DNA of 64,000 bases from NCBI GenBank assembly GCA_963730935.1, contig CAVSTP010000004.1:64001-128000 (forward strand), written 5' to 3'. Of the stretch, positions 19,248 to 28,010 are shown one piece after another. How positions within the stretch are numbered: position 1 is the stretch's first letter; the number at the start of each line of letters is the position of its first letter. Both the position numbers and the translations under genes were made by a program. Source of the stretch: an uncultured Nitrospiraceae bacterium (GTDB lineage Bacteria > Nitrospirota > Nitrospiria > Nitrospirales > Nitrospiraceae). A model generated the notes under the pieces. It saw only the letters and a program-made list of their open reading frames with translations. It did no database searches and was not told the DNA's origin.

Positions 19248-22016
19248 TCAGGCCCCAAGCAGAGCGCGAAGCTGCTGCTCGCTGCTGGCCTGCATCGTTT
19301 GATCGTGCTGCAGACTCCGTAAGCGATCTCGATGCTCGGTCAGCACCTCGGCGGGCGCCTTGGCGACGAAATCCTGGGTCTCCAATTTACCGGTCAAGCG
19401 AGCGATCTCCTTCTCCTGGTCTTCTCGCTGCTTCACCAGTCGGTCCAGCGCTTTCTTTAAGTCTACGTCTCCGGACACCAGCAATCCGATAGTCAGCCCT
19501 TCGGCGACGAGTCGAAGGCGCCGTCCCGGCGTCCAGGCAGTCTGCATGCTGACGTCCGATGTGCCGCGGCTCAGATGGGCGAGCTGCACCTCGAGGTGTT
19601 TCAGCTGTCGCTGTTTGTCGGGGTCGTCATGGGCGACTCCAAATTCGATTTGCTGGCCGGGCGGATAGTTCAATAGCACGCGTCCGGTGCGGACGAGGCT
19701 CACCGCTTGCTCGAGCAGGAGAAAGCGCCGCTCGGCATCCGGTGCGTTCCAGGCATGGTCGGGTGCGGGAAAGCGTTGAATAACGATGCTCTCGCCCTCA
19801 TGAGGAATCGTTTGCCAAATTTCTTCGGTGATGAACGGCATGAACGGATGCAGCAGTCGCATCGTGGTTTCCAAGGTCTCAATCAGTGTTTGTCTCGTCG
19901 CCGGGCCATCCGGATGCGCGGGGTTCTGCAGGGTCGGCTTGATCAGTTCCAGATACCAGTCACAATACTCGCGCCAAATGAAGTGGTAGAGCGCGTTGGC
20001 TGCACGGTCGAACCGATACGCTTCCAGCTCGGAAGTGACGCTCCTAATCGTGGAGTTGAGCCGGCTCAAAATCCATTGGTCGGCAAAGGGGCGTTCCGAG
20101 GGCGGCTTCGCCGTGCGAGGCCCTTCGAGATGCATGAGGCTGAAACGTGCCGCGTTCCAGATCTTGTTGGCGAAGTTGCGATACCCTTCGATGCGCTCTT
20201 CCGCTAGTTTGAGATCCCGGCCGGGCGATGCCATTGAAGCGAGCGTGAAGCGCAGGGCGTCGGTCCCGAATTGATTCATGACATGGAGTGGATCGATGAC
20301 GTTCCCTTTGGACTTGCTCATCTTCTGCCCTTCGGCATCCCGTACGAGCGCATGAATATAGACGTCGCGGAAGGGAACGTTGGACATGAATTTCAACCCC
20401 AACATGATCATCCTGGCGACCCAAAAAAACAGGATGTCGAGGCCGGTGACGAGCGTCGAAGTGGGATAGTAGGTCCGTAATTCCGGTGTGTCCTCCGGCC
20501 ACCCTAACGTGGAGAAGGGCCAGAGTCCGGACGAAAACCACGTGTCCAGCACGTCCGGGTCGCGGAGCCACTGTGACCCGCCGCACTGGGGGCAGACGGT
20601 CGGCGCCGATCGGGCGACTACCGGCTTCGCGCCTTGGAGCAGGGTCATGCGGGTAATGGCGGTGCCCGACGCATTCGTGGTTGTCTGCCGATGAATGAAC
20701 GGTTCGTTGCAGCGTTCGCAGTACCACGCGGGAATCTGATGGCCCCACCAGATCTGGCGAGAGATGCACCAGTCTTTAATGTCGCGCATCCAGCCCAGGT
20801 AGTTGTTGATCCAGCCCTCGGGAAGGATTCTGATCCGGCCGTCCTCTACGGCTCGAATCGCCGGCTCCGCCAGCGGCTTGATAGCGACGAACCACTGAGG
20901 CGAGAGGTAGGGCTCGACGATGGTCTTGCAGCGGTAACACTTCCCTATCGCCATTTTGTGGTCTTCGACCTTGACGAGGAGACCGCGATCTTTCAGGGCC
21001 TGCTCGATTTTGGGCCGGGCCTTTGATACGGGAAGTCGCGCAACGGCGGTGTTGACGTCCTCTTCGACAGCCGCCGCCGTGAGGCCGGCAGGATCGAGCA
21101 ATGCCTGATGATCGAAAATCGCCAGGCGGGGAAGTTGATGCCGTTCCCCCGCTTCATAATCGTTGAAGTCATGGGCCGGCGTAATCTTGACCGCACCGGT
21201 GCCGAATTCGAGATCAACGAGGATGGCGTCGCCGACGATGGGAATGTCGCGCCGTGTCAACGGCAGACGGATTTTCTTTCCAATGAGATGTCGATGGCGT
21301 GGATCATCGGGATGCACGGCGACCGCCGTATCGCCCAACATCGTTTCCGGCCGCGTTGTGGCGACCACCAACGAGGTACTGGAATCGTCCGCGAGCGGAT
21401 AGCGGATGTGAAAGAGCTTTCCCTTCACGTCCTCATGTTCGACTTCAATGTCGGACAGGGCCGTCAGGCAGCGCGGACACCAATTGATCAGCCGTTCGCC
21501 TCGATAGATCAGTCCCTCCTCGTAGAGGCGGACAAAGACTTCGATGACGGCTTTGGAGAGCCCGTCGTCCATCGTGAAACGCAGACGCTCCCAATCACAG
21601 GACTCACCCAACTGCTTCTGCTGTTCGACGATCGTATTGCCGGATGCTGCCTTCCACTGCCAGACCCGCTCGATGAATCGTTCACGCCCGATCGCATCCC
21701 GCGAGGTGCCCTCGCTCAAGAGCTGCTTTTCCACGACGTTTTGGGTCGCGATGCCGGCATGGTCGGTCCCCGGCAGCCACAGGGTATTGCGTCCCTGCAT
21801 GCGCCGCCAGCGAATCAAGATGTCCTGCAGTGAATGATTCAGCGCGTGGCCCACGTGCAGTGACCCGGTGACATTAGGCGGAGGGATCACGATGCTGTAC
21901 GGTTGGCCGGGATGGGTTGTCGAGGCGTGAAAATAGCCCCGGTCGATCCAGGTGCGGGACCAACGGGCTTCGACGGCTTTGGGATCGTAGGTTTTGTCGA
22001 GGCGGAGACTGCTCAT
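19248..22016 (-). CDS. valS: Valine--tRNA ligase
   Basis: PPPNVTGSLHVGH, DWCISRQIWWGH, KMSKS, C-terminal coiled coil. Confidence 0.99.
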   Translation of the reverse strand: MSSLRLDKTYDPKAVEARWSRTWIDRGYFHASTTHPGQPYSIVIPPPNVTGSLHVGHALNHSLQDILIRWRRMQGRNTLWLPGTDHAGIATQNVVEKQLLSEGTSRDAIGRERFIERVWQWKAASGNTIVEQQKQLGESCDWERLRFTMDDGLSKAVIEVFVRLYEEGLIYRGERLINWCPRCLTALSDIEVEHEDVKGKLFHIRYPLADDSSTSLVVATTRPETMLGDTAVAVHPDDPRHRHLIGKKIRLPLTRRDIPIVGDAILVDLEFGTGAVKITPAHDFNDYEAGERHQLPRLAIFDHQALLDPAGLTAAAVEEDVNTAVARLPVSKARPKIEQALKDRGLLVKVEDHKMAIGKCYRCKTIVEPYLSPQWFVAIKPLAEPAIRAVEDGRIRILPEGWINNYLGWMRDIKDWCISRQIWWGHQIPAWYCERCNEPFIHRQTTTNASGTAITRMTLLQGAKPVVARSAPTVCPQCGGSQWLRDPDVLDTWFSSGLWPFSTLGWPEDTPELRTYYPTSTLVTGLDILFFWVARMIMLGLKFMSNVPFRDVYIHALVRDAEGQKMSKSKGNVIDPLHVMNQFGTDALRFTLASMASPGRDLKLAEERIEGYRNFANKIWNAARFSLMHLEGPRTAKPPSERPFADQWILSRLNSTIRSVTSELEAYRFDRAANALYHFIWREYCDWYLELIKPTLQNPAHPDGPATRQTLIETLETTMRLLHPFMPFITEEIWQTIPHEGESIVIQRFPAPDHAWNAPDAERRFLLLEQAVSLVRTGRVLLNYPPGQQIEFGVAHDDPDKQRQLKHLEVQLAHLSRGTSDVSMQTAWTPGRRLRLVAEGLTIGLLVSGDVDLKKALDRLVKQREDQEKEIARLTGKLETQDFVAKAPAEVLTEHRDRLRSLQHDQTMQASSEQQLRALLGA

Positions 22017-22043
22017 GATTCGTGTGAGAAGAAAACGCGAGGC

Positions 22044-22072
22044 ATCTTAACATGCGCACCGTGACCCCTCAA
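22044..22072 (-). promoter_or_regulatory. Sigma70-like promoter of valS operon
   Basis: TTGAGG-N17-TAAGAT with TGn extension. Confidence 0.5.
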
Positions 22073-22126
22073 GGTAACGAACGGCATCCCGCGGCGGCGT
22101 GGCTGCGTCAGCGCTAGTTCTCTTCC

Positions 22127-22155
22127 TTGAGAGGACCGAAGGCTTGTGCTATACC
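22127..22155 (+). promoter_or_regulatory. Sigma70-like promoter of small basic ORF
   Basis: TTGAGA-N17-TATACC with TGn extension. Confidence 0.5.
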
Positions 22156-22191
22156 AATCGGCACCTTCCACCTTTTTTGCGAGGAGACGTT

Positions 22192-22308
22192 ATGGCCACG
22201 GGACGGGACAAGGATCGCAAGACGAGAGAGAAACACCGCAAGAACATCAATCGAATGAAGGCGCTGGCGAAAGCACGGCGTGGAAGCAAGCGGGGTAAGA
22301 AGGGATAG
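22192..22308 (+). CDS. 38-aa highly basic small protein
   Basis: SD GAGGAG 22181-22186; MATGRDKDRKTREKHRKNINRMKALAKARRGSKRGKKG. Confidence 0.7.
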   Translation: MATGRDKDRKTREKHRKNINRMKALAKARRGSKRGKKG

Positions 22309-22319
22309 CGCGCCCTGTG

Positions 22320-23471
22320 CTAGACGGCTTCGGTGAGCCTTCTGATCTCGGCCTTGATCTGTTCCTCGACCATGGAAGGAGTCACTTGTTGGACAGTCTT
22401 CTGAATCTGTTCTTCAGCGACGGCGCGGATCACGTCGGCGGCGAGTCGTTCTGTCTGCGCTGCGATGCCCTCTTTGAGTTGCTCGCGGACGTTCTCTTCC
22501 CTCGACTGCAGGTACTTACGGGCAGCGTCGGGAAGTAAGTCCTTCACGGTGTCCGCCTGCTCGCGTACCATCCGCTCGACCTCATCCTTGATCAACGGAC
22601 TGGCAATTTCAAAGATGCTGTGCCGGATGATCGGCTCGAGCACGCTCATCTCGCTAGTCAAGACCTTCGGCAATGCCTTGGACAACAGCGGTTCGACGAC
22701 CTCTGCCAGGCGTTCCTTCGAGATCGAAGCGCCCAATTGGAGATGCACTTCCGATTCCACTGCCTTGGTGACATGAGCCTCGAGTTTCGTGCTGACCATT
22801 TGAGGGAGCATTTCCGCAATCTTCTGTTCCGTTTTTCCAGACATGGATTGCAGGAGTTGGCCGAACAACCCCTTCATCGTTTCTTCAGGCTCGACAGCAG
22901 GAGAGGCAGCTGATGGCGTGGCTCCGCGTTGAAGGGTCACGGGAGGCTCTCTCTTCTCGGCAGCCTTGGCCTGCAGGGGGTACGGAATGGTCACTTCGAC
23001 TTCCTCGTCGGTCGAATCATCTCCGAGATCATCGTCCGAATCGAGCGCGCTCGACGTTGGAGGCCAGGCACGCTTCTTTTTTGTGGCGGCCGTCTTTGCC
23101 GTGCTCGCGTGATCGAGATCTTTGATCAAATCCAGGAGGTGATCGGATTGAAACGGTTTCTTGAGGAATGCCTTGACGCCGAGCGATTTCAAATGAGATT
23201 CCTCCATTTTGTCGCTCGCTCCGGTCAGGGCAATGATATAGGTGTCGCACAAGTTGTCGAGTTTGTGGACCTCTTTACAGAACCCGGAAAATGTCATGCT
23301 GTCGAGATGATAGTCGGTGATGATGAGCGTCGGACTCATTCTCCGGGCGGCTTCAAGAGCGGCCGGTCCGTCCTGAAATCCGATGACGTCATACCCGGCT
23401 GGCGCCGAGATCTGCTCCACCATCCGGCGAACCGCCGGACTGCTGTCGATAACAAATATGGTAGAAGCCAC
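22320..23471 (-). CDS. Response regulator, RomR-like architecture
   Basis: N-terminal receiver (IDSS, ITD, KPF), acidic/Pro-rich linker, helical C-terminus ending VTPSMVEEQIKAEIRRL. Confidence 0.75.
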   Translation of the reverse strand: MASTIFVIDSSPAVRRMVEQISAPAGYDVIGFQDGPAALEAARRMSPTLIITDYHLDSMTFSGFCKEVHKLDNLCDTYIIALTGASDKMEESHLKSLGVKAFLKKPFQSDHLLDLIKDLDHASTAKTAATKKKRAWPPTSSALDSDDDLGDDSTDEEVEVTIPYPLQAKAAEKREPPVTLQRGATPSAASPAVEPEETMKGLFGQLLQSMSGKTEQKIAEMLPQMVSTKLEAHVTKAVESEVHLQLGASISKERLAEVVEPLLSKALPKVLTSEMSVLEPIIRHSIFEIASPLIKDEVERMVREQADTVKDLLPDAARKYLQSREENVREQLKEGIAAQTERLAADVIRAVAEEQIQKTVQQVTPSMVEEQIKAEIRRLTEAV

Positions 23472-23501
23472 TTAAGTCTCCAATTTTATTGAGCTAGTTC
23501 G

Positions 23502-23530
23502 AAGCTAGCAGGGGGGGTACTCTTTGTCAA
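23502..23530 (-). promoter_or_regulatory. Sigma70-like promoter of the response regulator
   Basis: TTGACA-N17-TAGCTT with TGn extension. Confidence 0.55.
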
Positions 23531-23611
23531 GAAAACCGCGGATAGATGCGCGATAGGAATTCAGTTATTCTCCTTACCCATTACGGGCTTCCCAGGGGCC
23601 AAGGGACACGT

Positions 23612-24331
23612 ATGAGCCAGCCGATCCGAGTGGTGTTTTTCGACGCTGCGGAAACGCTCTTTCATGTGAACGGATCCGTTGCGGACATCTATCTCCGCCA
23701 TGCCGTACAGTTCGGCTATCAGCCGAGGCCAGATTCGATCAGGCTGATCACCGAAGCGTTCAGGCGAGCCTTTCACGATGCGCCGCCGCCGGTCTTCGCC
23801 GCCATTGAATCCGCTCAGATCAAACAGAGCGAACGGCTGTGGTGGTTCGATGTCGTGCACAATGTCTTTTATCGTGTCGGCATGTTCGAGCGCTTCGATG
23901 AATTCTTCGAGCATGTGTTCGACGTGTTCGCTGATCCCGTTTCCTGGAAGCTGTTTCCGGACGTGCTGCCGACGCTCGGACAGCTGCGAAGCCTGGGACT
24001 TGAATTGGGCATCGTCTCCAATTTTGACTCGCGACTGTTCAACGTCTTGAGGGGATTGAGCATCGCTGATCTCTTCGACACGATTACTATCTCCAGTCTG
24101 GCCCATGCGGCGAAGCCTTCGCCCAAGATTTTTGAGCTGGCGCTCCAACAGCATGCCGTCGAGCCGGGGGAGGCGATGCATGTCGGCGACAGTGTGAGGG
24201 ACGATGTGGAAGGCGCGACGAAGGCAGGTTTGAGAGCGGTTCTTCTGGCGCGCCAGGGGAAGCAGGCGCCTCCCGACGTTCAGACGATACACACCTTGGA
24301 TGAGTTGGTGCCGCTCATTGCCCCCCGATGA
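23612..24331 (+). CDS. HAD-IA family hydrolase
   Basis: FDAAETL, VSNFD, KP, HVGDS..DD. Confidence 0.9.
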   Translation: MSQPIRVVFFDAAETLFHVNGSVADIYLRHAVQFGYQPRPDSIRLITEAFRRAFHDAPPPVFAAIESAQIKQSERLWWFDVVHNVFYRVGMFERFDEFFEHVFDVFADPVSWKLFPDVLPTLGQLRSLGLELGIVSNFDSRLFNVLRGLSIADLFDTITISSLAHAAKPSPKIFELALQQHAVEPGEAMHVGDSVRDDVEGATKAGLRAVLLARQGKQAPPDVQTIHTLDELVPLIAPR

Positions 24332-24336
24332 CGCGG

Positions 24337-24379
24337 ATTTCAAATCTCAGATTCAGATTTCAGATTGAGATCTGAAATT
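24337..24379. repeat. Heptamer-repeat hairpin between convergent genes, possible terminator
   Basis: ATTTCAA ATCTCAG ATTCAG ATTTCAG ATTGAG ATCTGAA; arms ATTTCAAATCTCA / TGAGATCTGAAAT. Confidence 0.6.
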
Positions 24380-24382
24380 GTG

Positions 24383-25102
24383 TTAGAGCAGGAGGGGAAC
24401 CAAGTCCTTGGCTCGCCCCTTGAGGGAGATATCGACAATCCCGGACTGCGGCGTCGGATCGGGATTGATCTCTGCGACAAACGCGCCGGTTTCCTTGGCC
24501 ACGGAGGCGAAGCCGGCGGCTGGGTAGACGACTCCGGAGGTTCCGATGACCAACAGCACGTCGCACGATTGCAGCGCCGTGGCGCAGCGTGCTAGATCCC
24601 CGGCGGATAAGGATTCTCCGAACCACACGATATGTGGGCGAAGCAGCGCCTGGCAGTGACGGCAGGAGGGAAGAATTCGAATCGGGACGTCGTGATTGTC
24701 TTCAATCACTCCGCAGGCCGTGCAGCGCACCTTCCAGATGTTGCCGTGAATTTCCGATAATTGTTCTGAGCCTGCCGCCCGGTGGAGTCCATCAACATTT
24801 TGGGTAATCAGCCAAAACTGTGGGCAACGGCGCTCGAACTCCACGACGGCCGTATGCGCCGGATTCGGTGTCTTTGGCGCGATCAATTCGCGACGCCAGT
24901 TGTACCATTCCCACACCAATCGGGGATCGCGCTCAAAGGCCTCGGGCGTGGCGAGATCTTCCGCCCGAAAGTTCCTCCACAGGCCATCGGCCCCTCGAAA
25001 CGTCGGCACCCCGCTATCCGCAGAAATGCCGGCGCCGGTTAAGACTGTGAGCGACCGTGCTGATGCGATTTTCTTTCTGACGATGCCAAGGTCGGAAGCC
25101 AT
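24383..25102 (-). CDS. cobB: NAD-dependent protein deacylase (sirtuin)
   Basis: TGAGISADSG, TQNVDGLH, HG, two CxxC, RPHIVWFGE, GTS. Confidence 0.95.
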   Translation of the reverse strand: MASDLGIVRKKIASARSLTVLTGAGISADSGVPTFRGADGLWRNFRAEDLATPEAFERDPRLVWEWYNWRRELIAPKTPNPAHTAVVEFERRCPQFWLITQNVDGLHRAAGSEQLSEIHGNIWKVRCTACGVIEDNHDVPIRILPSCRHCQALLRPHIVWFGESLSAGDLARCATALQSCDVLLVIGTSGVVYPAAGFASVAKETGAFVAEINPDPTPQSGIVDISLKGRAKDLVPLLL

Positions 25103-25206
25103 GAGGGGATCCCACCGAGAGGCCACTGCGTGCACCTTCGGGTGCATGCTATAGTACGCGCATCATTCAGGCAACGGTGATGGTTCCTCAAAGGGTGATC
25201 ATGTCC

Positions 25207-26562
25207 ATGAATCACATCATGATGGTCGGGGCAGGCTCGGTTGGCGGGTACTTCGGCGCTCATTTGGCCAAGCACTTTCCGAATGTATCGTTTCTCCTGC
25301 GGCCGAAGACATTGGCCGCTGTCCGGCAGCAGGGGCTCCGGATCCGCAGCGCCTCAGGCACCATCACGGTGCATCCGCAAGCGGCCGCTGACGCCAAGGA
25401 GTTGCCCGCACCGGATCTGATCATCCTCGCCGTCAAGGCGTATGATCTCGACGAGGTCTTGGCGCAGATCGAGCCGGTGCTGACGGATCGCACGGTCATC
25501 CTTACCCTCCAAAACGGCATCGATACGGAAGACCGCATCATCGCGCGCTTCAAACGGGATTGCGTTGTCGGCGGCGTCGCCTTCATCTATTCCAAAATCG
25601 TCTCGCCGGGCTTGATCGACCACTATAAAAAGGGAACGGTGGCGATCGGCGAGCTCATGGGCCATGAAAGCGAGCGAGTGCTGCAGATCCGGGAGCTCTT
25701 CACGAACGCCGGCATTCCCTGCCAGCTCTCCAAAGACATACGACGAAGCAAGTGGGAAAAGATGTGCTGGAACTGCGTCTTCAACCCGCTGACCGTGTTG
25801 ATCGACGACAAGGTGTCACGGGCGCTCGAGCATCCTGAGATGATGCGCGTCATTCACCAGATTGTCGCCGAAATTACCGCCGTGTCTGCGGCGGTCAAGG
25901 TCCCGTTGCCGTCCGACATGCCCGACCGCGTGGTGAAGTGGACTCAGGAAATCCGGGACATCCATACCTCCATGTACGACGATTGGAAAGCCGGGCGGCA
26001 AACGGAAATCGGAAATCTCAACGGATACATCGTCGACCAGGGTCGTGCCTTGGGAATTCCGACACCCGTGAACGAGGCGCTGACGGCGATGATCAAGACC
26101 CTGACCGAAAAGCCGCGCTCCGGTCCCGGTATCGTCGCGATCGACGGAGCCGTGGTTCAGTCCGTGGCGCTGGATCGGACGGCCATGCAGCAGTTGCCGA
26201 GCGAACACCAGATCGACGACGTCAGTCGCAAGATGCCGAGCATGCGGGGCCGTGCGATTACAGTGAAGGGCTTGTTGGACATCCCAGCGCTGCAACTCGA
26301 TGCCGATCACGTGACGTTTCATTCGGCGGACGGCCGGTACGCCGCGACGCTCACCCTCGCACAGGCGAAGGAGTTTGGCTTGTTGGTGTACGAGCTGGAC
26401 GGGGAACCGTTGACCGATGAAAAAGGCGGGCCATTTCGGTTAATTACACCCGGCCTGAGCGATCTGTGCGCCAATGTGAAGGGGGTCAATCGGATCGAAG
26501 TGCGGAGAGGACCCGGGAAAGATACGAGGCCGTCGGAGCGGCCGCCGGAATGCACGAGCTAG
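25207..26562 (+). CDS. panE: Ketopantoate reductase fused to molybdopterin-oxidoreductase-like domain
   Basis: GAGSVG, LAVKAY, LQNG, WEK..WN, TSM..D...GR.TE; C-terminal DG.PL....GGPFRLI.PG...NVK.V.RIEV. Confidence 0.85.
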   Translation: MNHIMMVGAGSVGGYFGAHLAKHFPNVSFLLRPKTLAAVRQQGLRIRSASGTITVHPQAAADAKELPAPDLIILAVKAYDLDEVLAQIEPVLTDRTVILTLQNGIDTEDRIIARFKRDCVVGGVAFIYSKIVSPGLIDHYKKGTVAIGELMGHESERVLQIRELFTNAGIPCQLSKDIRRSKWEKMCWNCVFNPLTVLIDDKVSRALEHPEMMRVIHQIVAEITAVSAAVKVPLPSDMPDRVVKWTQEIRDIHTSMYDDWKAGRQTEIGNLNGYIVDQGRALGIPTPVNEALTAMIKTLTEKPRSGPGIVAIDGAVVQSVALDRTAMQQLPSEHQIDDVSRKMPSMRGRAITVKGLLDIPALQLDADHVTFHSADGRYAATLTLAQAKEFGLLVYELDGEPLTDEKGGPFRLITPGLSDLCANVKGVNRIEVRRGPGKDTRPSERPPECTS

Positions 26563-26606
26563 CACGGATGTTGAGAAAGGTATCAGATTGCTGTTCAACA
26601 GCCTGC
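26562..26606. repeat. Short remnant with MITE-like termini between convergent genes
   Basis: GGATGTTGAGAA ... TTCAACAGCCTG resembles the ends of 15915-16042. Confidence 0.5.
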
Positions 26607-26610
26607 GAGC

Positions 26611-27936
26611 TTATCGAATGACCTGAATCGCCCGCCATCGTTCCGATCGATAGCGCCACAGCATGAGCGCCATCCGCAACGTCCAGTCAGCGATCATCGC
26701 CAGCCACACATAGAACACTCCAAGGTGCAGCCACACACCGGCGATCAAGGCAATCGGCACACGCACGAGCCACATCCCGATGGTGGTGGCGACCATGATG
26801 AAGTGGGTGTCTCCCGCACCTCGCAGGGATCCTGCCAGCACCATCGTGAGGGCCAAGGGAATTTGGAGGAGTGCAACGATCTTCAAAAAGACCGTGCCCA
26901 ATTCAATCACGGACTCATCACTCGTAAAGGCGCGAAGCAGGACATACGGGAAAAAGAAGAACACAATCCCCATCACCGACATGATGCCGGTCGCAAGGCG
27001 GTTGGCTTCCCAGTTTTCGAGCTTCGCTCGAGTGTACTTGCCGGCGCCAATGCTCTGGCCGACCATCGTGGCGGCGGCGATGGCAAATCCGTACCCGGGC
27101 AGGAACGAGAGGGACTCGATGGACAGTCCAACCTGATGCGCGGCATACGCCACCGTACCGTAGAGCAGGACGATTTTTGTGTACGCAAGGATGCCCGCCT
27201 GTTGCACGATGCGCTCCCCGGATACGGGAGCGCCGACTTGCCAAATGGTGCGAAAGAGATCGAACCGGATGTGCGTTGAGCGATGCAACAGCGGAACGCA
27301 CCGGATAGCCAGGTAGCACATGCCAACAGCCTCCGCGATGCCGACCGCGATGGCCGCACCTTGGACGCCGAGCGCCGGCAGTCCCCAACGGCCATAGATC
27401 AAGGGATAGGCGATGAGAATATGCAGAAGATTCACGACGATCATGGCGTACATCGGGGTTTTTGTGTCACCGGTGCCCTGCAGGATCGACGACATGACTT
27501 GGAGGAGGACCGTGAAGGGAATCACGAGAAAAATGAGCGTCGAATAGGGGAGCGAGAGGGCGATGACGTCAGGTGCCGCGCCCAGGAGTTGCATCGCGAA
27601 GCGATTCAACAGGAGACCGGCCGTCATAAGAAAGAGAGAGACCACGATCGAGAGGCCGAGAAAATGCCGCGCGGCCTGACCGGCGTCATGCTGCCGCCGG
27701 GCTCCCCACAGCTGCGCCACGATCACGTTCGTTCCAACGGAAAGACCTGAGACCAGCGTCGTGGCGATGAAGGCCAGGAGCTGGCCAAGCCCAACGGCCG
27801 CGATCGGAATCGCGCCAAGCCCGCCTACCAGGAACACCGCCACGATCCCTTCCGTGCGCTGCAGCAGGCTGCTCACCGTCACGGGCAGTGCCAGCGCCAT
27901 AACGGAGCGCCGGATTTGGGTGACACCATTCGCCAT
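26611..27936 (-). CDS. MATE family efflux transporter
   Basis: LALP, AQLWGA, GTGDTKTPM, LGVQGAAIA, GQSIGA, RGAGDT. Confidence 0.93.
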   Translation of the reverse strand: MANGVTQIRRSVMALALPVTVSSLLQRTEGIVAVFLVGGLGAIPIAAVGLGQLLAFIATTLVSGLSVGTNVIVAQLWGARRQHDAGQAARHFLGLSIVVSLFLMTAGLLLNRFAMQLLGAAPDVIALSLPYSTLIFLVIPFTVLLQVMSSILQGTGDTKTPMYAMIVVNLLHILIAYPLIYGRWGLPALGVQGAAIAVGIAEAVGMCYLAIRCVPLLHRSTHIRFDLFRTIWQVGAPVSGERIVQQAGILAYTKIVLLYGTVAYAAHQVGLSIESLSFLPGYGFAIAAATMVGQSIGAGKYTRAKLENWEANRLATGIMSVMGIVFFFFPYVLLRAFTSDESVIELGTVFLKIVALLQIPLALTMVLAGSLRGAGDTHFIMVATTIGMWLVRVPIALIAGVWLHLGVFYVWLAMIADWTLRMALMLWRYRSERWRAIQVIR

Positions 27937-28010
27937 CGAATCCCATCCTAACAGAAGCCGCACCGACCGGCCTGGACAAATGATGTCACCATCGATTAGG
28001 GTCTGCCGAC

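Noticed and set aside
20600..20720. Insertion in the ValS zinc-binding region as a possible intein
   Set aside because: Only ~25 aa with no splicing motifs; ordinary variable loop.
24383..25102. Sir2-based anti-phage system
   Set aside because: Canonical stand-alone CobB deacylase with zinc motif in a housekeeping context.
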